Virus record (IMG/VR): IMGVR_UViG_3300024344_002032
Span: 23,859 to 87,858 of that record
Length of the DNA stretch: 64,000 nt
Direction: 5' to 3' (one strand)
Source of the DNA: a virus
Under the pieces are notes generated by a model, which had not been told where the DNA came from, ran no database searches, and saw nothing but the letters and a program-made list of their open reading frames with translations. Positions 59,944-64,000 of this stretch are shown here, in pieces; position 1 is the first letter of the stretch, and every line of letters starts with the position of its first letter. The translations under genes were made by a program, and so were the position numbers.

Positions 59944-61002
59944 TCAAGAATTATATATTTCTAAATATTTGTTCACCCATTCTTTTTTATCCGTATACCT
60001 ATCTAATTTATCTTTTAGATAATCAATGTAACCTTGTCTTTTATTTATGTCTAATTCACATATTTGTTTCCAACACTCTTCAAATTTTTCTTTTGTAGAA
60101 GCTCTAAATGGATATTCTATCTCATTTAACCAATCTTCTGATAATATAGGTATTTTACCATAATCAACTGCTTGAAATATACTATAACCAAATGGTTCGT
60201 ATATGTGAGCTGAATGTGATATTCCCCAATCATCTCTTTGTAAAAAACTCTCTAATCTTTCCCACCTATATTGATATAACCTTGATTTATTAAATTTTAA
60301 ATTTAATTTTTCTTTCCATTCTTTAAAATGATCTACTCTTGTAAAAAAATAAGATGGAATGTCTTCTAAAAAATGAGGTGCTTTTCTTGTTTCCATTCTT
60401 GAACAAAAACCAACTCTATTACTTTCTACTGCTTTACTATCTCCTTTAAACTCATAAAAATTTGGTATGTCTATAATATCATAATCTTTATGATAAGTGG
60501 TATCACTTAAACCTATCCATATAGTCTTTTTAGCTATATCTAACATTTCTTTTTCCCAACTATCATCTGCTGAAAAATGTTTTAACCAAGATAAACCCAA
60601 ATCTTTATGTGCTCTTAATGATTTATAAAGAGAGCAATGCATCACATTAGATTCTATCTTATCTGCATTATCTAATATAACCTTTGTTGGTTCATAATAA
60701 CTATGAAGTATATGAATCTTTTCTGCACCATTAAGTATTGTATAAAAATCTGGATGATTTCTATAAATTGCTTCTACACAAATCGTACTATATGGAAAAT
60801 GCTTTATATCTTTATCTGTATTTAATCTATTTCTATCTATTAATAGAAAAAAAGGTTTATTTAATTTAGGTGCTATTTCTTTAATCCAATAATTAACCCA
60901 AACATCAGAACCACCACCTATATTAGAAGCTCCGCCTGTACTATAATAAACATCATATTCTTTTAATGATATTGTTCCTGCAATTAATTTTATTGACGAC
61001 AT
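59944..61002 (-). CDS. GT-B (GT4-like) glycosyltransferase
   Basis: N-terminal GGG loop, R-x4-K and EPFGYSIFQA-x3-G-x2-PI motifs. Confidence 0.65.
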   Translation of the reverse strand: MSSIKLIAGTISLKEYDVYYSTGGASNIGGGSDVWVNYWIKEIAPKLNKPFFLLIDRNRLNTDKDIKHFPYSTICVEAIYRNHPDFYTILNGAEKIHILHSYYEPTKVILDNADKIESNVMHCSLYKSLRAHKDLGLSWLKHFSADDSWEKEMLDIAKKTIWIGLSDTTYHKDYDIIDIPNFYEFKGDSKAVESNRVGFCSRMETRKAPHFLEDIPSYFFTRVDHFKEWKEKLNLKFNKSRLYQYRWERLESFLQRDDWGISHSAHIYEPFGYSIFQAVDYGKIPILSEDWLNEIEYPFRASTKEKFEECWKQICELDINKRQGYIDYLKDKLDRYTDKKEWVNKYLEIYNS

Positions 61003-61688
61003 AAGTAACCGTTTGCAAAATATGTGTGTATATTTCTTAAACCAAGAGTTACTATTTCAAAATCACCATGCATTTTTTCTATTGTTGTAACTTCTTCTAA
61101 TTCAAAATTTGAAGTAACCATTTTATCTCCTATTTCTACAGCTTGTGCTTGCCACCACTCAAATGTTTGAAGTTTATCTTTCCAAACAAATGCTGGATGT
61201 TTTTCTGTAGTATAATATTTTTCATTTATGTTCACATATCTACTGATAAAATCAAATGTTAATTGTTTTACCAAACCCACATCTTTTGTAAAACCATCTA
61301 AATTTTCTATACTATATTCTCTATAATTCTCTTCTGTCATATCAGGCATTACTGCTGAACACACTTCATCATCTATCAGTAAATCTTCAACTAACTTGAT
61401 ACTTCCATCTGCCATAAGTATTTCAGTTCCAACTAAAACACAAGAATTATATTTGTAACTATAAAACTCATTCATTCCATATGGTCCTGCAAGTAGATTA
61501 GCTCTTGAAGTACTTCCCTCTGTATTAGCTCTTGCTGAATATTCAGATGAAAGACCAGCTAAATCACTATTAGCAGTTTGGTCATTAAAATCCATCGCTT
61601 CACTTGTTTGTGTTGTCGTACCATCACCTGACATAATTTCATAATTAAGCATTCCAACAGATATTGTTCCTGAGCTTGGTAGTGTCAT
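60990..61688 (-). CDS. Tail-tip-like small domain fused to a Hint domain lacking terminal His-Asn
   Basis: MTLPSSGTIS...MNEFYSY, then CVLVGTEILMADG, TEKHP and TYFANGYLCRQ-stop. Confidence 0.75.
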   Translation of the reverse strand: MTLPSSGTISVGMLNYEIMSGDGTTTQTSEAMDFNDQTANSDLAGLSSEYSARANTEGSTSRANLLAGPYGMNEFYSYKYNSCVLVGTEILMADGSIKLVEDLLIDDEVCSAVMPDMTEENYREYSIENLDGFTKDVGLVKQLTFDFISRYVNINEKYYTTEKHPAFVWKDKLQTFEWWQAQAVEIGDKMVTSNFELEEVTTIEKMHGDFEIVTLGLRNIHTYFANGYLCRQ

Positions 61689-61689
61689 T

Positions 61690-61959
61690 TTATAATCCTA
61701 AACTGCCGCTAAACTCTCCCTGCATAGAAGATGATAGGTATAATTCATACATTTCTTCTTTTTGTGTATTATTCCACGAACCTGTAAATTCGGATAAAAT
61801 ATAATCTCTACCAAATTTAGATGATGTCTTTGGATAAACAGTATTCAAAGTTTCTATTGTTTGAAATAAATCTACATTACGAGATCCAGAATACCAATCT
61901 ACTAACCAATCAGGATACCAACCATATGGTATTGATCCTGAATATTGCCTTTTAGCCAT
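61690..61959 (-). CDS. Small tail-associated protein with repeated aromatic-[ST]-G-S motifs
   Basis: 89 aa containing YSGS, YSGS, FTGS, LSSS and FSGS; AGGAG SD. Confidence 0.6.
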   Translation of the reverse strand: MAKRQYSGSIPYGWYPDWLVDWYSGSRNVDLFQTIETLNTVYPKTSSKFGRDYILSEFTGSWNNTQKEEMYELYLSSSMQGEFSGSLGL

Positions 61960-64000
61960 TTTGTAACTCCTTTATTTGTTTTTCTTGTTTGTTAACTTTA
62001 TCTGTAAGTTCATTGACTGCATTAACTAAAACACCAACTAAATTTGAATATTTTAAAGAAAGTTCTCCATATTGAGGATCTTCTTCTACAAGTTCAGGTA
62101 AAACTTTTTGAACTTCTTGTGCTATCATACCTACTTGTCTTCCTACTGGATTATCTACTAAGCTTTTACCATATCTATCTGGCGCTATTTCTTCAGGCTT
62201 TTTCCAATCAAATCTAACACCTCTTAATTGATTTATTAAGTTTAATGAACCAGAAATAAATTCTATATTTTTCTTAGATCTTCTATCAGAATATGCTGTT
62301 ATATTACTTGTAGCGTAAATTTCTCCAGTTACGTGTAATGCATAACTTGGATTTTTTATATTAATACCTACTCTATTTTCGTGAGTTGCACCAAATTTAG
62401 TTCTTGGATATGCTATAAAACAATAATCGTGATTAGTATTACTTGGTTCTGAAGCACTTCCTGTCCAAGCATTTCCTACAATAAGAGGTCCACCACGAAA
62501 CATACCAGCACAATTATTTTCTTGCCAATCTGATCCATCTAAACCAATATCACCGCCAACACATTCACCAAGAACTCCAGCAACGTGTCCTCTATTTACA
62601 ATACCAAAGACACCTACAGCTGCAGCACCACCAGCTCCTCTACTATTTGAACCAATTACTGAAGCATTTACTTCATTGTCAGCTAAATTACCACCTAAAT
62701 TAGAACTAATTCCCATTATACCTGCATCATATCTTCTAGGACCACAAGTTCCTTCTGCTCCACCTAGCCAAGTTCCACCAATACCATGAGCTGACGGATC
62801 TGAAGAACCACCACCGCCAGAATGAATATACCAATGTCTTAATCTACCAGGTGTTACATAAAGGTCATTTTCATAATCCACATTAATAGCCATATCTGTA
62901 TCAGTACCAGCTATGATGTGGCATTTATTAGCTGTAGACCCATCACCAACTTGTGCAGTTCCATAAGATATAGTCAAACCTTCATCAATATCCGTTACAT
63001 CATCAGCAATTACAATTTTTGAATTACCTTGATCTAATAAAACTTTATCTCCACCTGTAAGTGTGGTAGTACCTAATGTCCACCCACCTACTGTTCCTGA
63101 TGTAGCTTTTAATACACCTGCATTTGTAACACTAAATTCAGCATCAGCGAAAGTTGAATCTCCCATTTGGATACCAGTTCCTGGTATTAAACCTATATAA
63201 TCTGCATCTGATCCTGCAGATAATTTATCATTTGCTAAAGTCCATCCACCTATAGTTCCACTTGTTGATGTTATTGCACCACCACTACTTACTTGGAAAA
63301 CACTATTAATGTTAAGTGAACCACCAGTAATAGTTATATTACTTGCAGTCATCGCACCATCTTTAGTAACTTGAAATGGTGCTGAACCCTGCGTTGCGTT
63401 TCCAATCCACATATCCCCATCAGTATCTACTCTGAAAATACTATTACTACTACCGATTGACAAACCACCACCCGTAATCGTTATATCACTTGCAGTAACT
63501 GCTCCATCTTTAGTAACTTGAAATGGTGCTGAACCCTGTGTAGCGTGTCCTATCCATAAATCTCCATCACTAGCTACTCTGAAAATACTATTACTACTTC
63601 CTACTGACAGTTCACCACCAGAAATTGTTATATTACTTGCTGTAACTGCTCCATCTTTAGTAACTTGAAATGGTGCTGAACCTTGAGTTGCGTGTCCTAT
63701 CCATAAATCTCCATCAGTATCTACTCTCAAAATACTATTACTACTACCTATACTTAACGAACCACCAGTAATTGAACCATTAAAGGATGCTGCTCCACTT
63801 GCATCAATTGAAACATTACTACCTATTGTAATAGTTCCGTCTGCTGCAAGCGTCATTTTATTGGTGGTATTATTTCTTAAATTAATTGCACCACTTGTAA
63901 TCTGAACATTTGATTTACTTGAACCAACTTCTCCAACAATTACTGCACCACTTGATAGTTGTATAGTATCAACATTATTTTCCCTTATAGTTATTCCACT
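61952..64000 (-). CDS. Tail fibre protein with C-terminal peptidase S74 chaperone, 5' end beyond the window
   Basis: Gly/Ser/Thr-rich; YSDRRSK, GMIAQEV and a terminal coiled coil. The frame is open from 63856 to 64000. Confidence 0.9.
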   Translation of the reverse strand, partial: SGITIRENNVDTIQLSSGAVIVGEVGSSKSNVQITSGAINLRNNTTNKMTLAADGTITIGSNVSIDASGAASFNGSITGGSLSIGSSNSILRVDTDGDLWIGHATQGSAPFQVTKDGAVTASNITISGGELSVGSSNSIFRVASDGDLWIGHATQGSAPFQVTKDGAVTASDITITGGGLSIGSSNSIFRVDTDGDMWIGNATQGSAPFQVTKDGAMTASNITITGGSLNINSVFQVSSGGAITSTSGTIGGWTLANDKLSAGSDADYIGLIPGTGIQMGDSTFADAEFSVTNAGVLKATSGTVGGWTLGTTTLTGGDKVLLDQGNSKIVIADDVTDIDEGLTISYGTAQVGDGSTANKCHIIAGTDTDMAINVDYENDLYVTPGRLRHWYIHSGGGGSSDPSAHGIGGTWLGGAEGTCGPRRYDAGIMGISSNLGGNLADNEVNASVIGSNSRGAGGAAAVGVFGIVNRGHVAGVLGECVGGDIGLDGSDWQENNCAGMFRGGPLIVGNAWTGSASEPSNTNHDYCFIAYPRTKFGATHENRVGINIKNPSYALHVTGEIYATSNITAYSDRRSKKNIEFISGSLNLINQLRGVRFDWKKPEEIAPDRYGKSLVDNPVGRQVGMIAQEVQKVLPELVEEDPQYGELSLKYSNLVGVLVNAVNELTDKVNKQEKQIKELQNG
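63320..63775 (-). repeat. Three 147-bp (49-aa) tandem repeats in the tail fibre
   Basis: ctttagtaacttgaaatggtgctgaacc at 63361, 63508 and 63655. Confidence 0.95.

Noticed and set aside
1496-60098. All other short plus-strand ORFs, and nested minus-strand ORFs 46528-46755 and 59337-59621
   Set aside because: They overlap well-supported minus-strand genes and carry no recognisable motifs.
58714-61688. Hint domains as canonical mobile inteins
   Set aside because: No homing endonuclease, no +1 Cys/Ser/Thr, and one has no C-extein.
1-64000. Stop-codon reassignment, tRNA genes, integrase or transposase
   Set aside because: Genes tile densely under the standard code with TAA, TAG and TGA all used as stops; the few gaps show no cloverleaf; no recombinase motifs were seen.

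Overview
This 64-kb, AT-rich window comes from a large tailed dsDNA phage with T4-like head genes. Every credible gene is on the minus strand, and many are joined by overlapping stop/start codons. In transcription order (right to left) it holds four blocks. (1) 58.7-64 kb: the C-terminal part of a tail fibre with an S74 intramolecular chaperone, and two tail-tip-like proteins fused to Hint (intein-like) domains that flank a GT-B glycosyltransferase. (2) About 18.2-58.7 kb: a glycan synthesis and tailoring island. It has three GT7 enzymes with an inserted LamG domain, nine radical SAM enzymes (three B12-binding), five paralogous putative glycosyltransferases, NDP-sugar epimerases and a dehydrogenase, a minimal TPP E1-alpha/beta pair, 2OG-Fe(II) oxygenases, an aminotransferase, an amidinotransferase and a carbamoyltransferase. 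(3) 13.4-18.2 kb: a P-loop kinase, a GH108 lysin and an 1106-aa nucleotidyltransferase/ligase-like protein. (4) 1-12.3 kb: the head module, with TerL (split by a 37-bp duplication), portal, prohead protease, gp68-like core protein, ribosomal protein bS21, putative internal head proteins sharing an MIKLKDIIxE N-terminus, and the scaffold. The best candidate for an undescribed system is a phage-encoded pathway that builds a heavily modified glycan and attaches it to virion proteins. Possible attachment routes are hydrophobic-[ST]-G-S sequons or Hint-domain chemistry, and half the island sits behind a riboswitch/attenuator-like leader at 40544-40662. All calls come from motif recognition by eye; no searches were run.
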